Assembly (NCBI GenBank): GCA_951406725.2
Contig: OX597821.1
Location: 99,572,001-99,636,000, forward strand
Direction of reading: 5' to 3'
Source of the DNA: Octopus vulgaris
Lineage: Eukaryota
DNA: 64,000 bases
Positions 1-13,220 of this stretch are shown in pieces; within the stretch, counting starts at the first letter, position 1, and every line of letters starts with the position of its first letter. The position numbers and the translations under genes are program-made. A model generated the notes under the pieces. It saw nothing but the letters and a program-made list of their open reading frames with translations, was not told the DNA's origin and ran no database searches.

Positions 1-63
1 GTGCATGAGAATACATACATAAAACATACAAATCTGCACATACATACATACATTCATTCATAC

Positions 64-94
<31 letters not shown>

Positions 95-1144
95 CATACA
101 TGCATGCATGCATGCATGCATGCATACATACATGCATGCATACATACATACATACACGATGGGCTTCTTTCAGTTTCCGTCTACCAAATCTACTCACAAA
201 GTTTTGGCCAACCCAAAGCTATAGAAGACACTTAGACACTTGCCCAAGGTGCCACGCAGCGGGGCTAAACCCAGAACCATGTGGTTGGGAAGCAAGCATC
301 TTACCACAAAGCCACTCCCACACCTGTTTATATATATATATATATATATATATTTTTTATTATATTATCTAGTTTCAGCTCACGAGCTGTGGCCATGCTG
401 GGGCACATATATATATATGTATGAGTGGATTAACCAGAATTTAGTTTGAACCAGTTACTAATTAATAAAATGGACCCATAATACATACAGTATCCACCCC
501 TCCTTGGGTTTGTTGACACACAAGCTACATGATGACCTCAATAGTGCTAGTGGAACAAAACAAAAAAGAGGGGTCCAGTACATACTGTAAAGTAGTTGCA
601 GTTATGAAGGGTGTCTAGCGATAGAAGCCAAGCCAAAACAGATAGTAGAGTACAACGCAGTCCTTGGACTCATTAGATACTTGTCTAACTGTCCAACCCT
701 TGTAAACATGGAATATGGATGTTAAATGATGATGATGAACTCACTGTCTGATTTATGAAAACCAAAAATATTAAATTGAACTATGTTAATAATTATAACT
801 GCACTGAATTGCAGGATGGTGTGTGATTTGTCTGTCATTGTTGTTTTTTCCCTTATAAGTGTTTAACCCCTGGTCAGGTGTGATTGGACAGCCTCATGAC
901 CAAAGGTGTTCTAGCTGTGATCATTCCATTGATTTTTGTATATATTAGGGAATCCATTGTACTCTATATGTTTCCTTATTTAAGATGAGCTGAGGGAAAT
1001 TTAGCTGCTATTTTTAGCAAATCAAATGATTGTATTGACCAGTGGCTCTCAACCTTTTTAATATCTGGGCCAAATCCCAAACTGGGATTTATTTAGGGGG
1101 CCCTACCAAAAAAAAAAAAAGCAAAATTCAATAAAAAATTTATA

Positions 1145-1416
1145 GAGAGAAGACTGTTGAGGCCACATGATGCTTTGAGAGCAGTTATGAAGGGTATCTA
1201 GTGAACTGCTGGTATAGGGAGCTCCTTTGATGGCTGGTCATAATTGAGGAAGATCTCCAGAGGCTCACTGTTACCTTGGAGGAGGCAGCGGGGCTAGCAT
1301 GGGGCTACCAGTAATGGAAAGCACTGGCAGACCTGGCTGTCTCTACACATGATGATGCCTCTGAGACCACTAACCTGGGATGATCCCAGCCTCATCAAGC
1401 TGGAGCATACAGCAAG
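1145..1416 (+). mobile_element. Old RTE-like 3' fragment
   Basis: IEEDLQRLTVTLEEAAGLA...WKAL, then a (CAAG)-type tail. Confidence 0.4.
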
Positions 1417-2134
1417 TAAGCAAGCATTAAACTTTAGTCCTTAGTCTATTCCATCCTGCATAGGTAAAAAAGTTTGGTAAAGGTTATCTTCTTGAGTCAT
1501 ACTGACTCAAAAGGGCCAGTTTCCATTGTGTATAAATTCCCCACCCTGGATGGGACACCAGTCCATTACAGCATCACTCATTTTTTCCAGCTGGGTGGAC
1601 CGGGGCAGCATGAAATGAAGTGTTTTGCTCAAGAACACAACACCTCACCTGGTCCAAGAATGAAAACCATAATCTTACTTTCATGAGTCCAAAATCCCCT
1701 AACTAATAAGCCATGTGTCTCCACATCCTGCATTGGACATTAATCTATATGACCCACCAGATCTGCCTTTGCATAGCAAAGATTTTCTGAGGATTTAATA
1801 AATAATTTCTGTAGCATGTAAATGTTATGATCTTTTATGAGAAGGGGTTGACAGCCTCTTGATTTGCGGTTCACAATAATTTTTTTACCTATGGACCCCT
1901 TTCATTTCTATTGTACTCAGAGTGACCCTCATAACCATTCAATGTTATGTTATGGTAACGTGACCTTGATGAGATTTGAACCCAGAATGAAAACAGCTAC
2001 AACAATTACAGCAAGTTATTCAAAAAAATGATTTCATGATTCTGTCAATCATTATTATAATTATAGTGAAATTTGTCCATTTGTAACATAACATCTGGTT
2101 TGGTTCACATCTCTCCCTCTCATTCCTTCTCTCC

Positions 2135-2165
<31 letters not shown>

Positions 2166-2377
2166 TGTATGTATGTATGTATGTATGTATGTATGTATGT
2201 ATGTATGTATGTATGTATGTATGTATGTGTGTGTGTGTGTGTGTGTGATGTGTGTATGTATGTGTGTATGTATTTATGTATGTATGTATGTAAGTATGTA
2301 TTTATGTATGTATGTATGCATGTATGTATTTATGTATGTATGTATGTATTTATGTATGTATGTATGTATATGTATAG

Positions 2378-2935
2378 TGAAGGTATGTGACTTAGTTGTT
2401 AAGGTAGTTGGCTCAGGATTGTAAAGTTGTAAGTTCAATTTCCAGTAGTGCATCATGTCCTTGAGCGAGACACTTTATCTCACATTGCTCCAGTTCACTC
2501 AGCTGGCCAAAATGAGTTGTACTTGTAATTCAAAGAGCCAGCCTTGTCACATTCCATGTCAAGCTGAATCTCCCTGAGAACTACTTTAACAGGTCGTTGC
2601 CAGTACCGCCTGACTGGCCCCCATGCCGATGGCACGTAAAAGCACCCACTACACTCACGGAGTGGTTGGCGTTAGGAAGGGCATCCAGCCGTAGAAACTC
2701 TACCAGATCAAGACTGGAGCTTGGTGCAGCCATCTGGTTCGCCAGCCCACAATCAAATCGTCCAACCCATGCTAGCATGGAAAGCGAATGTTAAACGACG
2801 ACGATGATGATGATGATGTCTGTGGAGTGCTCAGCCACTTGCATGTTAATTTCCTGTGCAGGCTGTTCCATTGTTCGGATCAAATGGAACACTCGTCATC
2901 ATAACCTATGGAGTGCCAGTTAGTTATCTAATGTA
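2378..2935 (+). mobile_element. tRNA-SINE family 4 interrupted by an RTE 3' fragment (2590-2818); related heads at 1480-1725(-) and 37065-37192
   Basis: gtgaaggt..tggc..agtggtta head and gtccttgagc.agacacttta..tcacattgctccag body. Confidence 0.7.
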
Positions 2936-2945
2936 TTGTAATATA

Positions 2946-3360
2946 CTCTTTTACTCTTTTACTTGTTTCAGTCATTTCACTGTGGCCATGCTGGAGCACC
3001 ACCTTTAGTCAAGCACATCGACCTCAGGACTTATTCTTTGTAAGCCTAGTACTTATTCTATTGGTCTCTTTTGCTGAACCGCTAAGTTACGGGGACGTAA
3101 ACACACCAGCATCAGTTGTCAAGTGATGTTGGGGGGACAAACACAGACACATAAACATATACATACATACATATATATATATATATTTATACACACGACA
3201 GGCTTCTTTCAGTTTCCGTCTACCAGATCCACTCACAAGGCTTTGGTTGGCTCAGGGCTATAGTAGAAGACATTTGCCCAAGGTGCCATGCAGTGGGACT
3301 GAACCCGGAACCATGTGGTTCGTAAGCAAGCTACTTACCGCACAGCCACTCCTACGCCTA
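2946..3360 (-). mobile_element. Full-length dominant SINE copy
   Basis: Reverse complement of the 54328-54822 element. Confidence 0.9.
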
Positions 3361-4186
3361 TGTATGTACACAAAGGCACACATTTATATCTGTGTGTTTG
3401 AATATATATTCATGATCATTGAAGCCATTAAGCTATCACTTATGTAAATAAACAATTTCTTCTTTTAAAAGGAATAATTTTTTTTACAAAAAATCCAAAG
3501 TTGACTTTGGCAGAATTTGAACTTGGAATATAAAGACTGATGAAAATGTTGCTAAACATTTTCCCCAGCATGCTAATGATTCTGCCAGCATACTGCCTTA
3601 AATGGAAATCTATATTAAAACCATTGTCTCGCTGTATCAACCAGACCATTGGATGTTGTTAAACACTGCTGGTCACAATGTGCTTCTTCACATTGTTGTA
3701 GCTTTCAGACTCTGCCGCCCTACTGTGTAGGTGGGCAGACCAATATTCCTTCTGAATGGAATGCCTGTCTATCACAGGGTTACTCATTAGAATGTGACAT
3801 AATAATCAATGGTCAACAGACCATAAATAGACAATATCTGAGACATACAATCATTGCAGCTTGTCTATGTGTTTATTGGTATTTGGTGGTGGTGGTGGTG
3901 GTGGTGGTGTTTTAAAATGCTGTTTTAATAAATCATGCAATCATCATCATCATCATCATTGTCATCTTTATTGTCATCATCATCTACATTGACATCGTCA
4001 GTCTCACCACCACCACCACCACCACCACAACAAAAACCATCCCCACTGCTACCACCACCACCACCACCACCACCACAATCGTCATCATCACCACTACCAT
4101 CATCATCATCATTATCGTTGTCATCATTGTCTTCACTACCATTGCCACCACCACTGCCACAACCACCACCACCACCACCACCATTG

Positions 4187-4252
<66 letters not shown>

Positions 4253-4449
4253 CACTGCCACCATCAAAATCACCACTACCACCTCACCCACCACCATAGT
4301 TGTTATCGTCATTCATCATTGTCATCTTCTTTTAGCATCCCCCATTCCATGCTGGCATGGGTTGGACATTAAGTAAATAAAGAAATACATTTCAGAATCA
4401 ACTGAACCATAATGCCAAAAAATGAGGACGAAGGAATTTTCATATAGAA

Positions 4450-4450
<1 letters not shown>

Positions 4451-4496
<46 letters not shown>

Positions 4497-5010
4497 ACAC
4501 ATACACACTCACTCATGCACACACATACAGACACACACATACACAAACAGGCATACATGCACATAAACACACAGACACACAGACACACAGATGCTCACAC
4601 ACAGACACATATACACACACACTGATGCGCACACAGTCAGACACACAAACACATACATCAAGAAGATATGCACACAGGCATACATATACATAAACACACA
4701 CGCACACACATGCTCACACAGACACACACTCATGCACACACAGAGACATACAACAAGATATGGACACAGGCATACATATACGTAAATACACACACACACA
4801 CACACAGACATACACACCCATGCTCACACACAAACACACACACATACACAAACACACACATCAAGATATGCATACAGGCATACATATACATAAACACACA
4901 CACACACACACACATACACAGACATACACACCCATGCTCACACACAGACACACACACATACACATACCCCAAAAGCATATACATACAAGCATATAACATA
5001 CACGCAGACA
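4451..5010. repeat. CA-rich compound repeat with ~110-bp higher-order unit
   Basis: caagatatgca.acaggcatacatataca.taaa.acac...catgctcacaca recurs 3-4 times. Confidence 0.7.
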
Positions 5011-5241
5011 TAAAGCATTCATTCTTTAAAAAACTTTATACTTATATTTGCAAGACTGATTCTCCCGAAATGTTGCTATAAGTATAAATGTATATACACA
5101 TTAGATATAAATATATATTAGAAACGTAAAACAAGTTTATGCTTTCTACAGTAAACACATTTTAGCCTCTCTGTCGAAAGTAGATATTATGGTTAAACCG
5201 CAAGTGTTGCTTTCTATTTGTGGTATTATGAAAGAAAAAGG

Positions 5242-5280
5242 TCTGATTGGTTTCAGTAGTTATTGCTGCTTCATCAGAGA
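5242..5280 (-). ncRNA. Degenerate minimal hammerhead motif
   Basis: Minus: tct-CTGATGA-agcag-caataa-ctact-GAAAC-caa-TC-aga; likely decayed from GAAACCGGTC. Confidence 0.5.
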
Positions 5281-5422
5281 TCAGTTGCTCACCTTATGAC
5301 CGGAAAGAGAACATTAGCTTTCAGATATTTATAGTTTGTACAAATTCATACAAACACATGCACAGATAGCTAAAAAAATATCCATACATGTACATACATA
5401 CATACATATATACATACATACA

Positions 5423-5583
<161 letters not shown>

Positions 5584-5770
5584 GAAGAAAGAGAGAAAGA
5601 GAATGATGGAAATAGGTATAGATAGATATATAAAACGAATATTCAAAGATGAAAATTAATATATATATATACACAGAAAAGAAACATTTCCCTCACAAAA
5701 TGATATATATTTTCAAAAAAAGATAATCCTCCAAGTGAATTAGTACATGTACGTATACATACATACATAC

Positions 5771-5846
<76 letters not shown>

Positions 5847-5857
5847 GTATGTATGTA

Positions 5858-5888
<31 letters not shown>

Positions 5889-5949
5889 CTATCTGTATAT
5901 ACACACTTTATTATTAAAGCTGCAAAAACATCACAAAAATATCACAAAA

Positions 5950-5991
5950 AACTGTTACTCAGAGTTTCACATTCCTGTTTGTCAGACAGTT
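5950..5991 (-). ncRNA. Degenerate minimal hammerhead motif (family shared with 54148-54316)
   Basis: Minus: aactgt-CTGACAA-ac-aggaat-gt-GAAAC-tctga-GTA-acagtt; perfect 6-bp stem I, G>A at a core CpG. Confidence 0.6.
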
Positions 5992-6383
5992 GTGATACAT
6001 ATACATATATATGTATACACACACATACATAAACATGCATGATATACATGCATACATACATATATATATATATTATGCATGTTTATGTATGTACGTACGT
6101 ATGTACATTATGGCTGCCCCCTCGTTATCGAGTATGGCCATTGCACAAAGCTTAACTGTTACTGGTGCTGTGATCGAATGTGACTTTTTAGCCCAGCTAA
6201 AGATCTTGTACAAAATTAGCAACTAAAACCTTTACTGGTAATAGCCGGCTGTAGTTGTAACTGGGCTTCATGTACCTTTGCATGTCGTTTAAGTCCTCCT
6301 ATACATACATACATACATACATATATATACACAGATAGATAAATAAGTGTGCATACATATTGTATATGCATTATGTTACATAC

Positions 6384-6636
6384 CTGATGTCATGGTTAGG
6401 CTGCCTGGAAAACCACAATAACTTGATGATTCTGTAGAATAGTACCTGTTCTTTGGGTAAATTTCTCTTGATGTCGAAGCATAAACAGCGTCGGCAGGCA
6501 TTTTTCTGTTATCACGAATGATGCTTCCATACACTGGCCTTGCCTGTGAGATATTCCTCTCGAATATTTCAGGTATTTCCTCTGGTTCATCTTCTTCTTC
6601 TTCGTCTTCTATGTATGTACTGTTTCTGGCTGCCAT
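6384..6636 (-). CDS. Candidate host-gene coding exon, product unidentified (MAARNSTYIEDEEEEDEPEEIPEIFERNISQARPVYGSIIRDNRKMPADAVYASTSREIYPKNRYYSTESSSYCGFPGSLTMTS/G)
   Basis: Non-repetitive, protein-like open frame ending at a strong donor CAG|GTATGT (exon end 6384, phase 1). It starts either at ATG 6636 (caatATGg) or at an acceptor AG (exon start 6629, giving a symmetric 246-nt phase 1-1 exon) after a long CT tract. All three plus-strand frames are closed. Confidence 0.7.
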
Positions 6637-6672
6637 ATTGATTAAGGTGTTCAATTGAAGAGGGAAGGAGAT

Positions 6673-6722
<50 letters not shown>

Positions 6723-8064
6723 AGAAAGAGAGAGAGAGAAATGGAGGGAAAGAAACAGGAAAGATTGAGTGAGAATTGGGGGTAAACACCCTAAAATAGT
6801 AACCCAAAATCAGAAATGTTGTCCCAAATATTCCGTTTCCATCATGGTAGAGTGAAGATTTGATTGAATGTTTTTGAAGGATGTTACAGGTGTTTAAAGA
6901 AGATAGATCGGGCTGGATTAGGCAAATGAGTTTACTAAGTCAGGTTACTATGGCAATTAGTTTGGGTGGCAGAGAAAGGTGAATTTCGCTTTTGTTTTCA
7001 CCCAAAATGAAGCAAAGGAAAATATAGCATAATCGTTTTTAAAATAATTCCCTTGTAAATAATAACATAAATGGATGATGAAGCTTAAAGTTAATTGTTA
7101 GTTGTGGTTATTTTTTTTTGTGTGTGTTTTATTTTCTTTTTCTGCTTGTTGGTTTTTGTTTCTTTCTGCTTGCTTCAATATTGCAGTAATGATGATGATG
7201 ATGATGATGATGACGAGGAGGAGGATGAGATGAAGGACAAGGGCAAATGTAACATAAACAGCAGCAGCAACAACAACAACAACAATAGCAATATAAATGA
7301 CAACAATGGTAAAAGGAAGAATGATTAGAAAATTTTATAGGAAATATTAAATTCTCTATTTTTGTTTATGTAAAGGGTAGGGTTCTGGGTGGGGTGTGTG
7401 TGTGATTTTTGGAAGATATTTCTGAAGAAGAAAAAGAAGGAGGAAGAGAAGAAGGATGAGGGAATCTTTCTAAAACAATAATTACATCATGCCAAGACAA
7501 TCACTAGAGAAACACACGTACCAACAACAAAAGCAGAAAAAACAAAACAATATAACATAAAGAACTGCCACTATTTAAGTTTCTTTTACTTAAAAAAACC
7601 CCCCAAAAATCACTGACTAAAAATAAAGTACAAACTACGAACAACAACAACAACAACAACAACAACAACCAGAGCAACAGTAACAATAACAATATTAATA
7701 ACAATAATTTTAACAATTCCAATCAGAGCAACAGAAAGCAAACAAAGTTAACAATAATAACAACTAACAATTCCGATCAAAGCAAAAAAAAAACAACAAA
7801 AAAAAAAACAACAACAAAAAGCAAAGAGCACAACAACAAATGTAAGGACTAGAAGATGCAAGCAAATGAAGTCAGTGAAAAATGTTTCGCTGTTTCACAG
7901 AGTCTGCTGACCAAACAAAGAATAAAGGTGGAATATTTGAGAGGTTCTGAGAATGTTTCATTTTGCCAAGAAGGTCAACAACACTATAAATTATATGCGT
8001 TAATGGAAATGGTGATATGCAATTTATAAAAGAACACCTTTGTTAAAACACCCACTACTATCAG

Positions 8065-8247
8065 GTGTGCATGTGTGTGTGTGTGTGTGTGTGTGAATTA
8101 ATCTTTTGGATTATATATTCTCTCATCTTTTTTACTGATGGATTAAGCGTTTGTGGATGTATGTGTAAGTGTATGTGCATATATATGTTTGTATTTGTGT
8201 GTGTGTGTCTGTGTGTGTGTTTGGTGTGTGTTCATGTGTATGTGTGT

Positions 8248-8283
<36 letters not shown>

Positions 8284-9215
8284 GTGTGTGTTCATGTGTA
8301 TGTGTGCGTGTGGGTGGGCATGTGTATCTGATTATTTGTGTGAGCATGTATGTGTATAAATACATATTTGCATATGTGTATGACTACATGTTTGTGTGTG
8401 TGTATATGCATGATTATTTTTGTGCGCATGTGTGTGTGTGATTGATTATATGTATGTGTGTGTGTGTTTATGGTTATATATATGTGTGTGTATGATTATA
8501 TTGATGTGTGTGTGTAAGATAATTTTTGTGGGCACATGTATATAAATGAATGTATGTATGTGTGTGTTTATGATTATTTATGTTGGTATATGTGTGTGTT
8601 TATGATTATTTATGTTGGTATATGTGTGTGATAATACCTGTTTGTGTGTGTGTATGATTATTCTTTTGGGAATGTGTTTGTATGATTATATGTATGTGCT
8701 TTTGTAAGTGTGAATTTGTGTATCTGTGTTTGATTTTATGTTGACATATATGTCTATATGTGTATGTCTATATGTGTATGTGTGTGTATGTATCTAATTA
8801 TTTGTGTGGACATGTGCACATATAGATATATGCATGTATGTATGTGTAGGATTATTTGCATGGGCATATATGTGTGTGATTATATGTATGTATGTGTGGT
8901 TATCTGTGTATGATTATATGTATGTGCACATGTATCTGAGATTGTGTGGGTATGTTTGTGTATGATTATATGTATGTGTGTGTATATGTGTGTACTTTCA
9001 TAGGTATAAATTTGGGCATTTCTCTGTATATGTGGACATGTGTATGTGTGTGTGTATGAGTTTATGTGTGTAAGTGTTTGTGTGTGTCTGTGTGCATGTA
9101 TTTAATTATTTATGTAGGGATATTTTGTATGATAGTATAAATATATGTGTGTGAGTGTGATTATTTATGTAGGCACGTGTGTGTATGATTATATGTATGT
9201 ATGTGCGAGTGTGTG
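8065..9215. repeat. Degenerate TG-rich minisatellite (tgattatatgtatgtgtg-like units)
   Basis: Recurrent tgatta motifs embedded in (TG)n. Confidence 0.75.
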
Positions 9216-9294
9216 GAATTTATAGTACTATTTTAATTCTGTAGTTACAATTGTTTCATTACAACATGGGAAATACATTTTATGGACATCAGTG

Positions 9295-9745
9295 TTAATA
9301 CTAGTTCAAATTTTGGCACAAGGCCAGTAATTTCAAGGAAGCAGGTTCAGTTGATTACATCTACCCCAGTGCTCAAGAGATACATATTTTATCAACCCTG
9401 AAAGGATGAAAGGCAAAGATGACCATGATGGAATTTGAACTCAGAATGTAAAGACTGACAAAATGCTGCTTACCATTTTCCCTGGCTAATGATTCTGCCA
9501 GCTTGTCACCTTGACATAAATATTAATATTGGTTTCAAATTTTGGCACAAGGCCAGCAATTTTGTGGGAGGGGTTAAGTTGATTACACCAACCCCATTGC
9601 TCAACTGGTACTTATTTTATCAACCCTAAAAGGATGAAAGACAGAGTTAACCATGGCAGGATTTGAACTTAGAACGTAAAGACAGATGAAATGCCACTTA
9701 GCATTTTGTCCAATCTGTTAATAATTCTGCTTGCTAACCACCTTG
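9295..9745 (-). mobile_element. Tandem pair of SINE family 2 with the alternative tail (ccttgtgccaaaatttgaa); others at 16650-16810 and 56705-56920
   Basis: Two head-to-tail ~220-bp copies. Confidence 0.8.
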
Positions 9746-10060
9746 ATATAAATATTAATAATTATATTAATATGATGAATATGCAAATAGATAATATTTA
9801 TAGGTGCAGGCATGGCTATGTGGTAAGAAGTTTCCTTTGCAACCACATGGTTCCAGGTTCAGTCTCACTGTGTGGTACATTGGTCAAGTGTCTACTACTA
9901 TAGCCTTGGGGAGACCAAAGCCTTGTGAGTGGATTTGGTAGATGGAAACTGAAAGAAGCCTGTCATATATACATGTGTGTGTTTGTGTGCCTGTATTTAT
10001 CCACCCCATATTCGCTTGACAGGCGATGTTGGGCATAGTAAAATGACTGAGACAAGTGAA

Positions 10061-10096
<36 letters not shown>

Positions 10097-10242
10097 CATC
10101 ATCATCAGTATCTATGTGTAATTCATTGAACTTAGTGTAAAAATATTTTTGAGACTAAATCCAATGAATTGCACATGGGAAATGAATGAAATGTATGTAT
10201 GTATATATATATATATTATATTACAAATTCATTATATTCATA

Positions 10243-10586
10243 TTATTACCTCTGCCTTAGCAAAGGTGGAGGTATTGTTTTCAGTCATGTTTGTTTGTGA
10301 ACAAAATATCTCAAGAACTGCTGAATGGATTCAGATGAAACTTTCAGGGATATTTGGCCTCGTGACTGCCACAAACTGATTAGATTTTGGGATCAATCCG
10401 TTACCAGACAAGGATTCTGGATTATTTTTCTTCTTTTTTTACTTAACTTTTGAGAGCAGTTGGATTCATTTTTAGTATTCTCGTTTGTTTCAGATATTCT
10501 CATTTTAAAAATCATCTCTGGCTAATCATTGAGAGGGCGTTGGTGTTTTGCTGGCTGTGGTTTGTGCTTTCTGAGTGCTCTTGTTT
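10243..10586 (+). mobile_element. Helentron-associated (HINE/DINE-like) element
   Basis: 5' ttattacctctgcc..ggtggaggta short inverted repeat, GTTT microsatellite, ggattcagatgaaactttca core, 3' tgtgctttctgagtgct end. Confidence 0.55.
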
Positions 10587-10865
10587 TTAATATCGGTTTC
10601 AAATTTTGGTACAAGGCCAACAATTTTGAAAGTGGGGATAAGTTGATTACATGACCCAGTACTCAACTGGTGCTTGTAATATTATTATTAATTCATTTCT
10701 TCATTTCTTCATTTACTTGTTTCAGTCATGGTGACTGCAGTCACCTTTAGTTGAACAAATTGACCCCAGGACTTATTCTTTGTAAGCCTAGTACCTATTC
10801 TATCGGGCTCTTTTACTGAACCACTAAGTTACGGGCATGTAAGCTCACCGACATCGGTTGTCAAG

Positions 10866-11790
10866 TGTTCCTGTTCGGCGTGTTGGTACAGAATCGATGA
10901 GCTTTTACTTTCCTTGAGTTGGTAGATTTAGCCCACAAACAAACTGTAAAGCCAGAAATGTAGTCTATAGTATAAGATGTATAGAGGGACGATGCAGTAA
11001 CAAGACACCGACATACGTAGGGGAAATGGCAAGAAGCATAGGAGAGCGGGTAAATGAACATTGGAGACAACTCAAGGAAGGTAAAAGCTCATCGATTCTG
11101 TACGAACAGGAACACGGGGGATCAATCAACAATATAGAAATTAAAATATTGTCCACACATAGAACAGATGCAACAATCAGACAAATTACAGAAGCTACAC
11201 ACAATATAGAAAATAAACCTAGCCTGGATAGAAAACTAGAATGGAACACTAGCACACACCACAACATATGGCGGTAGAGGATCCTGAAAACATAATAAAT
11301 ACACAGATAAATAAACAAATAGAAATAAATAACTATATAAGTTTTTTTTTGATTTGTTATTATTATTACTAGTATTGTTGTTATACATACATACATACAT
11401 ACAAGCATATGTAATGATAATAATAAGTGGATATAAACACATGAACAAAATAAGAATAAACAAAAACAACAACAACAAAAACAAATTACATGAACATATA
11501 TAAACAGAAGATACAAATATTACAGGCACCCCCCCCCACACACTAAATAAACAGACGCACATAGAGATATAAGCATGCACAAATGAAGACATACAATAGA
11601 AATACAAAATGGCTGACGGTTAGTAAGGAGAGACACAAATAAGAACGAAGAAAACAAAGGACCACTGATGCAGTCACAGGAATGTGACGAAAGAACTCTG
11701 GCCGAAATAAGATTAAGATTAATGTAAAAAATAAATAACGCTGAAGCAAAATAACACCAAATATATAGTGCGTGTGTTTTTATTGGCTAA
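10866..11790 (+). mobile_element. Penelope-like element 3' fragment (GIY-YIG endonuclease remnant plus pLTR-like tail)
   Basis: 10942-11277 reads NCKARNVVYSIRCIEGRCSNKTPTYVGEMARSIGERVNEH...IKILS...IRQITEA...KPSLDRKLEW, the Penelope GIY-YIG pattern (C..NVVY.I.C...C...YVGE..R....R..EH). A hammerhead-like motif lies downstream on the same strand. Boundaries are approximate. Confidence 0.8.
11662..11701 (+). ncRNA. Minimal type-I hammerhead-like motif (one core mismatch)
   Basis: cca-CTGATGC-a-gtcaca-ggaa-tgtgac-GAAA-g-aa-c-TC-tgg: stem I cca/tgg and a perfect 6-bp stem II. Confidence 0.6.
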
Positions 11791-11870
11791 ACTGGCAAAA
11801 TGACCATTCCGAAATATAACAATATCTGTTTCAACACACATAAAAAATCTTGCACAACAAATATATAAAC

Positions 11871-11937
<67 letters not shown>

Positions 11938-12041
11938 GCTTTTTTCAGTTTCTGTCTACCAAATCCACTCACAAAGCTTTGGCTGGCCTGAAGCTATAAT
12001 AGAAGACCAACCCGTGCTAGCGCGGAAATCGGACGTTAAAC

Positions 12042-12076
<35 letters not shown>

Positions 12077-12833
12077 GTCCTAGGTGTCACACAGTGGAAC
12101 TGAACCCAGAACAATGTGGTTGGGAAGCAAGCTTCTTACCACACAACAACACTGTGCCTGTGAACATAAATATTAATATTTACATTCATAAAAGTGCATT
12201 TTCCATGTTTTAATGAAACACTTGTAACTACAGAATTAAAATTAATACCAAACATTCAAATCTTTATTTTAATCTCTAAATACTCTGTGACTAATATACT
12301 TGACCAAAAATTTTAACTTGTATGCATAATTTTTCTCCTTAAAAATAAAACATCTGCATACATACAATTGATAGCTGAAATTCACAGATGTGCTTCATGT
12401 GGACACAGCTTGTATTAAAATGCTTTTATACACTATATATATAAATATATATAAATATTGTTGTGTCTGGGGAGGTTCATTATGCCAATAAAGATTAAAA
12501 TAAACACACGTACTGGTTCACTACCACTTCTTTATTGCCTTCCATAGACACAAGATTTGCGTCAACACTTGGATTCACATCAACAATACCGCAAACCAAA
12601 TACAAAAACGAAGTGTATACATATCATCATCATCTATATATATAATATATATAATATTCACCCCGCTCATATTACCCAACGAAACTAACCAGTCTATCAC
12701 AATGAAACCTCTACCCAGCAAAATTACCAGCGCAAGAACAAAATTTAATGTAAGATTTACTACCTTTGCTTCTATTACCATCACATATGTATCAATTATT
12801 TTCGCATCCTAACTGATGCATCTATCTATCTTC

Positions 12834-12884
12834 GCATTCTGAAGAGATTTACTTAAACCAGTGAATTGAAACAATTGTAAATGC
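12834..12884 (+). ncRNA. Minimal type-I hammerhead ribozyme, intact core
   Basis: gcatt-CTGAAGA-gatttact-taaacc-agtgaatt-GAAAC-aatt-GTA-aatgc: 5-bp stem I, 8-bp stem II with GU pairs, palindromic ACAATTGT stem III. Confidence 0.8.
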
Positions 12885-12982
12885 TACCTTCATCTTTGCT
12901 TCCTTCTTCTTTGTTATCTAATTAAATTAAAGGCATACCAGTGATAATCATGAGTTCCCCCTTGTTATTACATCCATTTTCT

Positions 12983-13021
<39 letters not shown>

Positions 13022-13092
13022 AGAAAAAGGAAGTGGAGAAATTAATATATAGACATCAGTCTATTTGAACAAATTCCATTTAGTATAACTTC

Positions 13093-13220
13093 AAATTCTT
13101 TACACCTACAGCTGTTTCCATACACAATTTATTCAGTTTGAGGAATTAAATTGAATTAAATTAATTTAAATTTTCATATTGAATATTGTAAATTGGGTAT
13201 TTCATCAGGGGAGAGAATTT
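13093..13220 (-). ncRNA. Type-I hammerhead motif with extended AU-rich stem II
   Basis: Minus: aaattctctccc-CTGATGA-a-atacccaattta...taaattgtgtat-g-GAAAC-agct-GTA-ggtgtaaagaattt; palindromic ACAGCTGT. Confidence 0.65.

Noticed and set aside
7901-8030. Plus-strand exon after tttcacag
   Set aside because: No recognisable protein features and no good donor site.
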